Source of the DNA: a virus
Virus record (IMG/VR): IMGVR_UViG_3300032285_002884
Strand: one strand, 5' to 3'
DNA length: 64,000 bases
Both the position numbers and the translations under genes were made by a program. The notes below the pieces were generated by a model. It did no database searches. It saw only the letters and a list, made by a program, of their open reading frames with translations, and had not been told where the DNA came from. This document shows, piece by piece, positions 16,791-25,937 of this stretch (position 1 is the stretch's first letter; the number at the start of each line of letters is the position of its first letter).

Positions 16791-17396
16791 ATGAAGAGCT
16801 TCAGCGAGTACATCATAGAGAACAGCGTACACTTCTTCGACGTCGACAAGACGCTGATGGACACGGGTAGTACTCACGTGCACGTCAAGGACGAGAACGG
16901 CAATACCGTGCAGAAGCTCGACCCGCAGGAGTACAACCATCACAAGCTGCAGCCCGGTCACAGCTACGACTTCCACGAGTTCAAATCATCCGATAAGTTC
17001 GCCAAGTCAGCAAAGCCTATCCGCAAGGTGCTGGCTAAGATGAAGGCTATCAAGAAGAACGGCGGTAGGACTGAGATCTTAACTGCCCGCGCTGACTTCG
17101 ACGACAAGGACAAGTTCGCTAAGAAGTGGAAGTCTTTCGGTGTCGACATCGGTCCAGGTCAGACCCACGTCAGGCGAGCCGGTAACATCAAGCTTCCAAC
17201 TCACGAGGCTAAGGCTAAGATCATATCTGATCAGATCAAGAAGAACGGATATAAGAAAGTTCACCTGTACGACGATCACTTACCTAACATACAATCGATG
17301 ATGGACCTCAAGAAAGATCATCCCGACGTCGAGTTCCACGGATATCACGTAAAGCACGGTCCCGATGGCGTGACCATGGACCACTACAAGGCATAA
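16791..17396 (+). CDS. HAD-family phosphatase (RNA-repair type), capsid-targeted
   Basis: FDVDKTL, LTAR, K and YDD motifs; N-terminus MKSFSEYIIE. Confidence 0.8.
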   Translation: MKSFSEYIIENSVHFFDVDKTLMDTGSTHVHVKDENGNTVQKLDPQEYNHHKLQPGHSYDFHEFKSSDKFAKSAKPIRKVLAKMKAIKKNGGRTEILTARADFDDKDKFAKKWKSFGVDIGPGQTHVRRAGNIKLPTHEAKAKIISDQIKKNGYKKVHLYDDHLPNIQSMMDLKKDHPDVEFHGYHVKHGPDGVTMDHYKA

Positions 17397-17397
17397 G

Positions 17398-18126
17398 ATG
17401 ATAGACGAAGAGAAGCTTCTAAAAAGTTTTGCCAAGGCTCTCGGCGCTGAGAATGTGCTGTCTGCTATGGAAGAGAAGAAGATTAAAGAGAAGAAGCTTC
17501 TCGAGAGTATGGACAGGGCTCTCTATAGAATAAGCAATCCGCCGATTGAGGACTTAGCTCCAGCTGTTAATGTTAAAGAAGAACTCAAAGAAGAAGCCGT
17601 TAGTGAAGAAGTCACTCTGATTACTGAGATCGGCAGGCAACCAGAACCTCAGCTTCCAAAGAACGACATCATCAACGCTACGGTCAAGGCACTCTCTGCA
17701 GCGCCTCAAGAAAAGATCCAGCAGGTAGCAGACGGGATTCCAGACTCATACCGTAAAGAGCTCGACATCATAAAGAAGTCAATAGCCGACTTCCACAGGT
17801 TCGCTCTAAACCATTCACAGCTCGGCGGTGGCGGTGCAGGAGACATGGTCCATCTCGATCACCCTGCAAAGACCGTCTATTCAGACTATACATTTACAAA
17901 CAAAGACTACTATGTCGGAGTCGGAGCTACCCCTGCTACGATAACTTTGCCGGCCAAAGCTAAGAACGGCAGGTATATAATAATCAAAGACGAGGTCGGT
18001 AACTGCTCGTCTAACCCTATTACAGTACTCGGAACTGTCGACAACGACTCAGGCGGGTTCATTCTCGCAGAGAATAACGGCGGCGTTCAAATGATCTATA
18101 ACAATGGAAGTTGGAGAATAGTATGA
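17398..18126 (+). CDS. putative virion protein (GGGGAG hinge plus C-terminal beta domain)
   Basis: ITLP...G..IIIKDE...ITV...YN..W.I fibre-like C-terminus. Confidence 0.65.
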   Translation: MIDEEKLLKSFAKALGAENVLSAMEEKKIKEKKLLESMDRALYRISNPPIEDLAPAVNVKEELKEEAVSEEVTLITEIGRQPEPQLPKNDIINATVKALSAAPQEKIQQVADGIPDSYRKELDIIKKSIADFHRFALNHSQLGGGGAGDMVHLDHPAKTVYSDYTFTNKDYYVGVGATPATITLPAKAKNGRYIIIKDEVGNCSSNPITVLGTVDNDSGGFILAENNGGVQMIYNNGSWRIV

Positions 18127-19559
18127 CGTATCTCTTTAGCAATACCATCGGCGGTAACGTCAGCATCTTCAACAGCAACAGCGTCGCTATCACGGCGACT
18201 AACAGGCTTCCGGTCGATATCGGCAACTCATCAGTTAACTTCCCTGCTACGCAGAACGTTCAGGTACTCTCGAATACTACAAACTACGTCTTCGTACAGC
18301 AAGCCCCTACTTGGTCGGTCGATGCCCTATCAAAGCTTAGGGTGTCTACTATTCAGAATCAAGACTTCTTTACTCCAGTCGTCGACGATGATACCACGTA
18401 CAAGTGGAATCAGGCAACTGTCGGTACTCTAGCAAACTCGTCTTTCCTAGCAAACACGTCTGAGATCTCCATGACATCGGGTAACTCGGCGTCAGGTTCA
18501 GTGATAAGACAGACCTACGTCAAGTACAAGATCATTCCTGGAACTTCACATACCGTCTATACTACAGTCAACTTCAGTGCAAACAGCACCGACAGCGGCG
18601 TGACTCGTCGTACTGGAATGTTTGATACCAATGACGGCATCTTCTGGGAACAGAATGCCAACACTCTCGCAGTCGTTGTTAGGAGAACTCTGGCTAACGG
18701 GTCTATAGTAGAAGATAGGACGTATGCTAACAACTTCAACACAGACAAGCTCGACGGTACCGGACCTTCAGGGTTCAATATATTCTCAAAAGGTCTGAAT
18801 AACTACTATACTTTCTGGTTCGACATGATCGGAGGCAGGACAGGTCGTATTAGATTTGGTATGGGCGGCCCCAACGGTCCTCAGATCTGTCATGTTCAGA
18901 GCTACAGCGGCGTCAACGCGCAGAACACCAACTTTATATCTGCTGCGAGCTTGCCTCTCAGAAGAGAGATCTTCAACAGCACGGTACAGCCGAACATCCC
19001 ATACTTTAACATGTCGGGAATCGCGTATCAGGCAGAAGCCCCGACTAGATACAACTCATCACCGGCTACCGCCTACAACATCAATGGCTTCGTTCCAGGA
19101 AATTCTTTGACTCCGATACTGACCATCGGTCTGAGATCGGGTACACCGTACGACCACTCAGACATATCTCCAGGAGAGTTCACTCTCGTAGAGCAGAACA
19201 ACCAAGGTAAGAACGCGACTGCGGGTACCTTCCTCTACACCGTAGTCTACAACGCAAACGTGAACGGGACTTACGCCTATGCCGGCAACAGCTCAGTCTC
19301 TAACTCGACGATAGGAAGGTCGGCTAGGCAGTGGACTTGGTCGAACACCGCTACGATCTCAGGAGGTCTAACAGTTCTCTCAGGGGTAACTCAGTCGGGC
19401 ATCGGACAGCAGATCTTCGACGGATTGCCGGACACGTTCAACCTCGGTTCGGACATAAACCGCAATCCCGCTACGCTTACCATCTGCATCCAGCAACTGA
19501 CTGCTGGCGGCGGTGCTTCAAACGTAGTCTGTACTTGGAACTTCGTAGAACAGCTCTGA
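18123..19559 (+). CDS. putative virion structural protein (beta-rich, Asn/Ser/Thr-rich)
   Basis: WN.DKLDGTGPSG and GRIRFG motifs seen in phage structural proteins. Confidence 0.65.
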   Translation: MTYLFSNTIGGNVSIFNSNSVAITATNRLPVDIGNSSVNFPATQNVQVLSNTTNYVFVQQAPTWSVDALSKLRVSTIQNQDFFTPVVDDDTTYKWNQATVGTLANSSFLANTSEISMTSGNSASGSVIRQTYVKYKIIPGTSHTVYTTVNFSANSTDSGVTRRTGMFDTNDGIFWEQNANTLAVVVRRTLANGSIVEDRTYANNFNTDKLDGTGPSGFNIFSKGLNNYYTFWFDMIGGRTGRIRFGMGGPNGPQICHVQSYSGVNAQNTNFISAASLPLRREIFNSTVQPNIPYFNMSGIAYQAEAPTRYNSSPATAYNINGFVPGNSLTPILTIGLRSGTPYDHSDISPGEFTLVEQNNQGKNATAGTFLYTVVYNANVNGTYAYAGNSSVSNSTIGRSARQWTWSNTATISGGLTVLSGVTQSGIGQQIFDGLPDTFNLGSDINRNPATLTICIQQLTAGGGASNVVCTWNFVEQL

Positions 19560-19561
19560 TG

Positions 19562-19703
19562 TATAAATAAAAATGCGGTGCAGTAAAAAGGCTACGGCAA
19601 TCCTGCGCGATGTTCATGGATAAGCCCAAGGGAAACTCCAATGCTAAGAAAGAACGATCTCCCTAGTCCTCAGCTAGAATTGGTTGAGCATGGCGCAGGA
19701 GAT
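19562..19703 (+). promoter_or_regulatory. late promoter TATAAATA plus a highly structured leader overlapping the start codon
   Basis: GTGCAG/CTGCGC, C(UACG)G loop, TGGA/TCCA enclosing the SD, ATCTCC/GGAGAT. Confidence 0.5.
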
Positions 19704-20492
19704 GTCGTAGTCCTCACCGACAAGATCAAGCTCTCCCTATACAAGAAGTCTAAATCCAGCGGGTTCGACACGGACACGCTAGAAGAAGTGTACCTTCGTG
19801 GGCTCGAGAGCTTCTATTCACTATACGAGAGCGTCGAGATCACAGAGACGCCAGAACAGTACGCATTCAACAGGGTTAACTCATTTATAGCGGGTGGAGC
19901 TGCAGCAGAGATGGATAAAGATCTACAAGAGAAGCGCGGCCTTTGGGACAACATCCACGCCAAGCGCGAGAGAATCAAGCACGGTTCTGGCGAACACATG
20001 AGAAAGCCTGGATCAAAGGGAGCCCCTACTGCTGATGACTTTAGATCGTCACAGGTCAAGGAAGGCGAGACCCAGTCCAAGGATCAAGACGACCCGAGCT
20101 CAAGGTTCGTCGGCACAGACTCACTGGTCAACATCTACAAGAAAGACACTCCTGGCTACATCGACACCATCAAGAAGACGGTTCGTGAGTCGGTCGAGAG
20201 GTCTGAGTGTGAGAACGGTACCTGCCCATGCATGGTCAATGAGGCCAAGTTTCAGGGCAGAGAGGTACCACTCAACAAGCCTATGAAGGGCGACGTCAAG
20301 AAGTCAAAGGTGTTCGTCAAGGATCCATCGACTGGAAACGTTAAGAAGGTAAACTTCGGCGACAAGACCCTCAGCATCAAGAAGAACCAGCCAGCTCGCA
20401 AGCGCTCCTACTGCGCACGCTCGAGTGGACAGGGTAACCTCACAGACAAGACCAAGGCTAACTACTGGTCACGTCGCGCTTGGGACTGCTGA
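19641..20492 (+). CDS. modular internal head polyprotein (C-terminal DUF6321-like module)
   Basis: Modules separated by (L/V)xE sites: LQE|KRGLWDNIHAKR and VNE|AKFQGREV...ANYWS. Confidence 0.7.
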   Translation: MLRKNDLPSPQLELVEHGAGDVVVLTDKIKLSLYKKSKSSGFDTDTLEEVYLRGLESFYSLYESVEITETPEQYAFNRVNSFIAGGAAAEMDKDLQEKRGLWDNIHAKRERIKHGSGEHMRKPGSKGAPTADDFRSSQVKEGETQSKDQDDPSSRFVGTDSLVNIYKKDTPGYIDTIKKTVRESVERSECENGTCPCMVNEAKFQGREVPLNKPMKGDVKKSKVFVKDPSTGNVKKVNFGDKTLSIKKNQPARKRSYCARSSGQGNLTDKTKANYWSRRAWDC

Positions 20493-20493
20493 A

Positions 20494-20649
20494 ATGAAGA
20501 AGTTTAGAGAATATATAGCTGAGCTGGACGTCAGAGACGCTTCTGGTAAAGTTATACATATAAAGAAGGTACCGATCAGAATGGCTGACGGCACCATCAA
20601 GATGAAAGATCCCGGTAAGAGCGGAAGCTCCGGCGGGGGTGGAAAATAA
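20494..20649 (+). CDS. small internal head protein
   Basis: N-terminus MKKFREYIAE resembles the T4 IP capsid-targeting sequence. Confidence 0.65.
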   Translation: MKKFREYIAELDVRDASGKVIHIKKVPIRMADGTIKMKDPGKSGSSGGGGK

Positions 20650-20664
20650 ACAGGAGAAGTTAAG

Positions 20665-20895
20665 ATGGAATTTATTGTATTCTCACTATTTGGTCTCTTG
20701 ACTCTACTCGGAGTGTGGATCATCTATACTATGATGACTAAGAAAGAGAGTCTCCAGGACGCTATCAGCGACGTTGAAGTTCAAGTAAAAGCCGATGCGG
20801 TTAAGCTTGAGCAGGAAGTCGTTGATGAAGTCAAGACGGTCGTGAAGAAGGTCAGGGCTAAGAAGGCTCCAGCAGCAAATACGGCGGCTCAGTAA
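20665..20895 (+). CDS. small membrane protein
   Basis: N-terminal TM; AGGAG RBS. Confidence 0.7.
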   Translation: MEFIVFSLFGLLTLLGVWIIYTMMTKKESLQDAISDVEVQVKADAVKLEQEVVDEVKTVVKKVRAKKAPAANTAAQ

Positions 20896-20896
20896 G

Positions 20897-21331
20897 ATGA
20901 ATGAACTCATCGAGAAGATGAAGGTACTTCAGGCCAGCGTCTTCTCGCTGTACTTGAAGGCCCACTACTTTCACTGGAACGTTGAGGGACCAAACTTCCC
21001 TCAATATCATGAGTTCCTTGGTAACCTATATGAAGAGATCTTTGGCTCGATCGACACGATAGCCGAGGAGACTAGGACTCTTGGAGCCTATGCTCCAGGA
21101 TCGTTCAAGCGCTTCTCTGAGCTGACCCTCGTCGAGGACGAGCTCAACGTGCCTGATCCTCTGAGGATGATGAAGATCCTTCAGATGGACAACATGATCG
21201 TCATCGGGGAGTTGAAGAAGGCTAGAGAGCTCGCCGACACAAACGGTGCTTTCGGCTTGGTTAACTTTCTCGAAGACAGACTAGACAAGCACTGGAAACA
21301 CAACTGGATGCTGACATCCATTATCAAGTAA
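20897..21331 (+). CDS. dps: Dps/ferritin-like protein
   Basis: HWNVEGPNF..YH....YE....D.IAE ferroxidase signature; C-terminal KHNWML. Confidence 0.92.
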   Translation: MNELIEKMKVLQASVFSLYLKAHYFHWNVEGPNFPQYHEFLGNLYEEIFGSIDTIAEETRTLGAYAPGSFKRFSELTLVEDELNVPDPLRMMKILQMDNMIVIGELKKARELADTNGAFGLVNFLEDRLDKHWKHNWMLTSIIK

Positions 21332-21342
21332 GGCAGGCTTAA

Positions 21343-23520
21343 ATGAAGTACTCGAGCTTAGAATCACAGATCAGACGCGTTATGGAAGCTAAGGCTGACC
21401 GTAACTCTAAAGCGCGTGAGAAGATAGTCAACGTCGCTAGACAAGACGACGCAGCCCCGACTGACCCTAGGTCTAAGCTCGTTAAGCAGGCCGAGATCAA
21501 GACCAAGGTCATCGACGAGAACGAGATCCTCAGCGAGGTCAACCGAGACCCAGACTTTCAGAGCTTCCTAGACCAGAATAAGTGGAAGACTGGAAGCGAG
21601 ACTAAAGTTGGACAGTCTTTCACGTTTGGTGGAAAGTCGGATGCAGTTCGCGCAGGTGAGGGGCCATATCAGGTCTATCAGCGTCTAAGCACGCAGAAAG
21701 AAAAGCCTGCCGTTCCTTCATCTACCCCTTCTGACAACGGTCCAAAGCCTACACCTAAAGACACGACTCCGACAGCGACACCGAGCGCTGCCGACGATTC
21801 AAAGAGCGGCAACAGCCCACTCGCAGCAGGGATCAAGTCGTACGACAGGGACGCGCTCGATAAGATGAACGACAAGATGAGCGCTGATCAGCAGGCACTG
21901 CGCGATCGCTCATACGAGCGTTCCATTCCAAAGCCGCAGGTCGCTGCTTCTGTACCTTCTGACAACGGTCCAAAGCCGTCACCAAAGTCTCCAGAGCCTT
22001 CTCAGTCACGCGACTCTGGCGGATCTCAGTCGGCTCCTGCAAAGTCCCCTGAGCCTTCACAGTCACGCGACTCGGGCGGATCTCAGTCAGCGCCTGATTC
22101 CGGTGACAATGAAAGACTCAAGTCGACTTATGACCTCACCGATAAGTTTGCTGATCGTGGTCGTGAGACAATGTCGCCTCTCACTGGCACGCGTGCAGGT
22201 ACTTCTACCCGTTCATTTGCCGGCGATATGGCCAACATCGGCATCGACGTCAAATCAAAGAAAGACACAGTCAAGGAATCTATTCTTAGAGTAATAAACT
22301 CAAAAGATAATAGAAAACAAAAAGATGAGGAACTCTTGTTCGGAAAAGGTCCTCCGGATAACATGCCCATTCCTCCTTCCAATGTTAACGGCCGTATAGA
22401 TACTTCAATGTCTTCACCAAAGATGCCTCGCATAGATCCTGCAAAGGACGCGGCTCTATTAGGTATAACTAAGACTGCAAAGATGCCTAGCGTATATGAT
22501 TCGTGGCCATTTGCTAAAGCCATATCTGACGAGAAAGTCCCTGCTGTTAAGAAGTCTGTAAAAGAGTCGATCTTAAAAGTTACTGATCCTAAGGCCAACG
22601 ACGCTAGGAAGATCATGGGTGGTCAGACTCAGATCGATCTAAACCCTAAGACCGACGATCGCCCTGAGATCGAGCAGCAGGCTAAGAAGAAGCCGGTCTT
22701 CAAGAGCAACTTCAATGCCCCTATCAAGGAGCAGGACTCACATTATGGCTCTGCAGGTACTAGCCTTCATCAGAAGGAGAGGGAAGCAAAGCGCCGTCGC
22801 GACGATCTAGAAGACAAGAGTCAGACTAGAGCACAGATGAATAAACTTAAGCCAAAGATGGAGGAAGAAGAGATGTCAGACGCAGTATTGACGGAGAAGG
22901 AGCTGGCAGCTCTCGAGGAGATCGCAGCCTCATTCTCTGAAGGTAAGAAGATCAAGGAAGGCAGCAACAAGCCTACCGTCGGCAACCAAGCCGGTGAGAA
23001 GGGCGACCAGAGCGGTGAGAACCCAAAGAACAGCACCGCTCGCTACGACATCAGCGACGAGGTAGTCGTTGAGAAGCTCGTAGGCGGTCAGAAGAACCTT
23101 GACAAGAACCACAACGGTAAGATCGACGCAGAAGACTTCAAGCTTCTAAAGAAGAGCAAGATGAAAGAAGAAGTCGAGATGACTATTCTCTCAGCAGAGC
23201 ATATAGAGCGCTTCAACGCCGTACTCGAGGCAGAGGCAGTCAAGCGCGGTCGCGGTCGTCCTAAGAAGAACCCAGAAGGTGACGAGCCACGTCCAGAAGG
23301 TCGTGACCCACGTCAGCACATCCAGGTCATCGCTGGTCAGGCCGGTGCAGGCCGCGTCATCGACTTCAAGCACGACGACGGCTCGTCGACAAAGATCACA
23401 GCCCCTATGGGCAGGTCAATCGTCGCCCATCTAAACAACCTCAAGCCAAAAGAGCGTCACGACGCCGTCCAGTCTATCCACGGCAGTGCCGGCGGTCTAA
23501 AGAAGACAATGGGAATCTAA
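21343..23520 (+). CDS. large low-complexity internal head polyprotein
   Basis: Many (V/L/I)xE sites; EF-hand-like DKNHNGKIDAEDF; AT-hook KRGRGRPKK; Pro/Ser repeats. Confidence 0.7.
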   Translation: MKYSSLESQIRRVMEAKADRNSKAREKIVNVARQDDAAPTDPRSKLVKQAEIKTKVIDENEILSEVNRDPDFQSFLDQNKWKTGSETKVGQSFTFGGKSDAVRAGEGPYQVYQRLSTQKEKPAVPSSTPSDNGPKPTPKDTTPTATPSAADDSKSGNSPLAAGIKSYDRDALDKMNDKMSADQQALRDRSYERSIPKPQVAASVPSDNGPKPSPKSPEPSQSRDSGGSQSAPAKSPEPSQSRDSGGSQSAPDSGDNERLKSTYDLTDKFADRGRETMSPLTGTRAGTSTRSFAGDMANIGIDVKSKKDTVKESILRVINSKDNRKQKDEELLFGKGPPDNMPIPPSNVNGRIDTSMSSPKMPRIDPAKDAALLGITKTAKMPSVYDSWPFAKAISDEKVPAVKKSVKESILKVTDPKANDARKIMGGQTQIDLNPKTDDRPEIEQQAKKKPVFKSNFNAPIKEQDSHYGSAGTSLHQKEREAKRRRDDLEDKSQTRAQMNKLKPKMEEEEMSDAVLTEKELAALEEIAASFSEGKKIKEGSNKPTVGNQAGEKGDQSGENPKNSTARYDISDEVVVEKLVGGQKNLDKNHNGKIDAEDFKLLKKSKMKEEVEMTILSAEHIERFNAVLEAEAVKRGRGRPKKNPEGDEPRPEGRDPRQHIQVIAGQAGAGRVIDFKHDDGSSTKITAPMGRSIVAHLNNLKPKERHDAVQSIHGSAGGLKKTMGI
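21985..22095 (+). repeat. 2 x 57-nt coding tandem repeat (KSPEPSQSRDSGGSQSAP)
   Basis: Direct repeat with synonymous divergence. Confidence 0.85.
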
Positions 23521-23523
23521 TAC

Positions 23524-23721
23524 ATGACGATTGATGATGAAAGATCGGGGCCGGCTTCAGAGCCGGCTCAAGACTTCGAAGAGCGCGGGGCCATGAGATC
23601 CCCAGCTCCACCAAACACGCATGATGAGAAGCACCACACCCTGATTGTGAACGGTGTGGAGAAGAAGATAAGCAAGAAGTCTCGTTACCTACTCGACATG
23701 TTGACTCTTGATGATGAATAA
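23524..23721 (+). CDS. hypothetical protein
   Basis: ORF fills the gap. Confidence 0.55.
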   Translation: MTIDDERSGPASEPAQDFEERGAMRSPAPPNTHDEKHHTLIVNGVEKKISKKSRYLLDMLTLDDE

Positions 23722-23753
23722 ATAAGCAAAGAAACTCATAAGGAGACACGACT

Positions 23754-24518
23754 ATGGCCCAGTGGGGAAGAAACGATCAGGCGGTTACTGCTAACAGCAC
23801 GACCACTAAGGAATCATCTAACGGCGCGCCGATTGGAACCTACGCCCTCGTCAAGGGTAGCGGCGGCGGTGTCGTTCCAGTAAGCATGAGCGCTAACGCG
23901 CACTTCGGCAACTCATCGGGTGGATCGCGTGCAAACGTCGACGTCGCGATGTTCAACAATACGACTCCAGGCGCGTTCATTTCTGGACAAGCTGTCGGTA
24001 TCTTCGGCGTAAGCGCTACTGAAAAAGCAAACAACACGACCAACAGCTCAAAAGAAGCGCCCGCACATGCTGGTTGGGTAGTCCGCAAAGCTGGAACTGG
24101 TCCAGTAATCAGCGTATCTATCAGCGGTACACCTACAGCGTACAACAACAACGACGTCCTTACAGTAGCTTCACAGCAGGCTGGCGGCAACTCGACCGTG
24201 AACTTCACGACAAACTCGACCGGCGGCAACCTAAGCTTCACCGTCACGACAGCGGGTGCAGGTTTCACCAACTCGACTATCAACAGCTCGATGTCGATCA
24301 TGGCTATCACCAACTCGACCGGTGGAACTGCAGCAGGAAACTCTTCAGTCAACAGCATCACCGTCGCAGTCGGTGGACGTGCAGGGCGAGTACATACTGA
24401 GGTTCTCGTGGCTATGGGTTCTCTTGGTGTCAACAGCACGTCATCGACTGGTGTGGTCGGCGCTGCTGGTACCGTCACCGACGCTTCTACGGATAATACT
24501 CAGTATCCTGGCGTCTAA
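23754..24518 (+). CDS. virion structural protein
   Basis: Late promoter ATAAATA at 23718; AAGGAG RBS; HAGWV and GRV..EVLVAM motifs. Confidence 0.7.
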   Translation: MAQWGRNDQAVTANSTTTKESSNGAPIGTYALVKGSGGGVVPVSMSANAHFGNSSGGSRANVDVAMFNNTTPGAFISGQAVGIFGVSATEKANNTTNSSKEAPAHAGWVVRKAGTGPVISVSISGTPTAYNNNDVLTVASQQAGGNSTVNFTTNSTGGNLSFTVTTAGAGFTNSTINSSMSIMAITNSTGGTAAGNSSVNSITVAVGGRAGRVHTEVLVAMGSLGVNSTSSTGVVGAAGTVTDASTDNTQYPGV

Positions 24519-24536
24519 TAACTAGGATATAATATA

Positions 24537-25355
24537 ATGGCTAATGAGCAGAGAAGACTTTCTGATCTTCCTCAAGCCTCGGCAGTGCAGGGTTCTGATA
24601 GGATAGTTTTCCTTCAGAACTCTGCATCTACCCCGATGGCCAGAACTATAAATGTCACTAACTTCGCTAACTCAATCTCTATCAGCACACTCCGAAACAG
24701 TGGTCAGACGGTAGCCCTGTCCAACAGTGGAACGCTGACTTTTACCAATGGTGGCAAGCTCGGCGCTAACATCGAGGGCGATGCTATAGGGTTTGAACTC
24801 AGCGGGCCCGCTACTCTAGACTATGTCGGCATATCTTACGGCCAAGATCCGGTCAACGGCAACTCTAGCTACTTGTCGTTATATAAAGAAAACTACGGAT
24901 CAAACAGCTCGCATGGTTTCACAATTCAGATGTGGAAAGGTAATTCAGCTGGTAACTTTGCACAGTGGACTTTTAATTCTAATAACACGCTATCGATCCC
25001 AGGACCGATCGCGGGTGCTACAGAGACCCAGACCTACGTTAGCACTACTATCGAGTTAGACCTTAACAAGACGGTCAACAAGCTGACTCCACATGCAGCA
25101 GCGGGTGCCCCACACTACCACCTCAGTAGCGGTACCGAGGGGCAGATCATGTATCTCGTCCCAAATGATAATGGTCCGACAAACGGCTCAGAGTCTACTA
25201 CCATGAGCTTTAGTGCTGCACGATGGGTAGGTAGCGGCTATGTCAGCAGCTACGCTCCGGCTAACGGCTGGAAACCTTTCGGCAACGGTTCTGCAGTAGT
25301 CACTCTACTCTTTTCAGACGGCTATTGGAACCTTCCTCACACAGTCTTCGGCTAA
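24537..25355 (+). CDS. putative fibre/virion protein
   Basis: N-terminal RRLSDLP..A motif common to fibre proteins; beta-rich. Confidence 0.6.
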   Translation: MANEQRRLSDLPQASAVQGSDRIVFLQNSASTPMARTINVTNFANSISISTLRNSGQTVALSNSGTLTFTNGGKLGANIEGDAIGFELSGPATLDYVGISYGQDPVNGNSSYLSLYKENYGSNSSHGFTIQMWKGNSAGNFAQWTFNSNNTLSIPGPIAGATETQTYVSTTIELDLNKTVNKLTPHAAAGAPHYHLSSGTEGQIMYLVPNDNGPTNGSESTTMSFSAARWVGSGYVSSYAPANGWKPFGNGSAVVTLLFSDGYWNLPHTVFG

Positions 25356-25361
25356 TGGTTC

Positions 25362-25748
25362 ATGGACAGACTTGATGATTCTAACTTCTTGATATACTGC
25401 GCGAAGCACTACGATAATCCTCAGTGTCAATCCACCGAGGAGTTCCTTGAAGACCTTAAACGAATAAAGTACATCAAGAAGTTGATTACACGATACATTG
25501 AGACGGGTGAACTTAAAGAGAGGTTGATCTTGAATCACCTCATCGTCCTGAGTAACGTGTTCAGACCTGAGCATCTCTGTAAGATACTGTACTTAAAGGT
25601 AAATAAGCATATGAAGTATGTGAAGCCTTTCATCATACTTCTCAACGTAATGCCGTCCACTATAAAGTACGTTAACGACGAAGTTATCATAAATATGGAT
25701 GAGATCCCCATGGACGAGGGGGTTATAAGAGTACTAAGGAAGATCTGA
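25362..25748 (+). CDS. conserved T4-like hypothetical (KHYDNPQC...ERLILNHLI)
   Basis: Conserved motif, typical position upstream of primase. Confidence 0.8.
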   Translation: MDRLDDSNFLIYCAKHYDNPQCQSTEEFLEDLKRIKYIKKLITRYIETGELKERLILNHLIVLSNVFRPEHLCKILYLKVNKHMKYVKPFIILLNVMPSTIKYVNDEVIINMDEIPMDEGVIRVLRKI

Positions 25749-25936
25749 TGATCAAGGAAGACGCAACATCGACGGTGCCGGCTAACTCAGCTCAGGCTGG
25801 AGGCGGCGGTGTCGCAGGTCTAGGCGGTGCTTCTGGCGAGCCGCCAGGAATACCTGCTTCTAAGAAGAAGCGTAGGCCGCTGAGCGCTATCTTGACACAG
25901 ACTCCTATCAAGCGCAAGCCACCAACGGGAGTCTAA
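25748..25936 (+). CDS. small Gly-rich protein (T4 61.1-like)
   Basis: MIKE|D start, GGGVAGLG, basic tail; synteny. Confidence 0.6.
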   Translation: MIKEDATSTVPANSAQAGGGGVAGLGGASGEPPGIPASKKKRRPLSAILTQTPIKRKPPTGV

Positions 25937-25937
25937 A

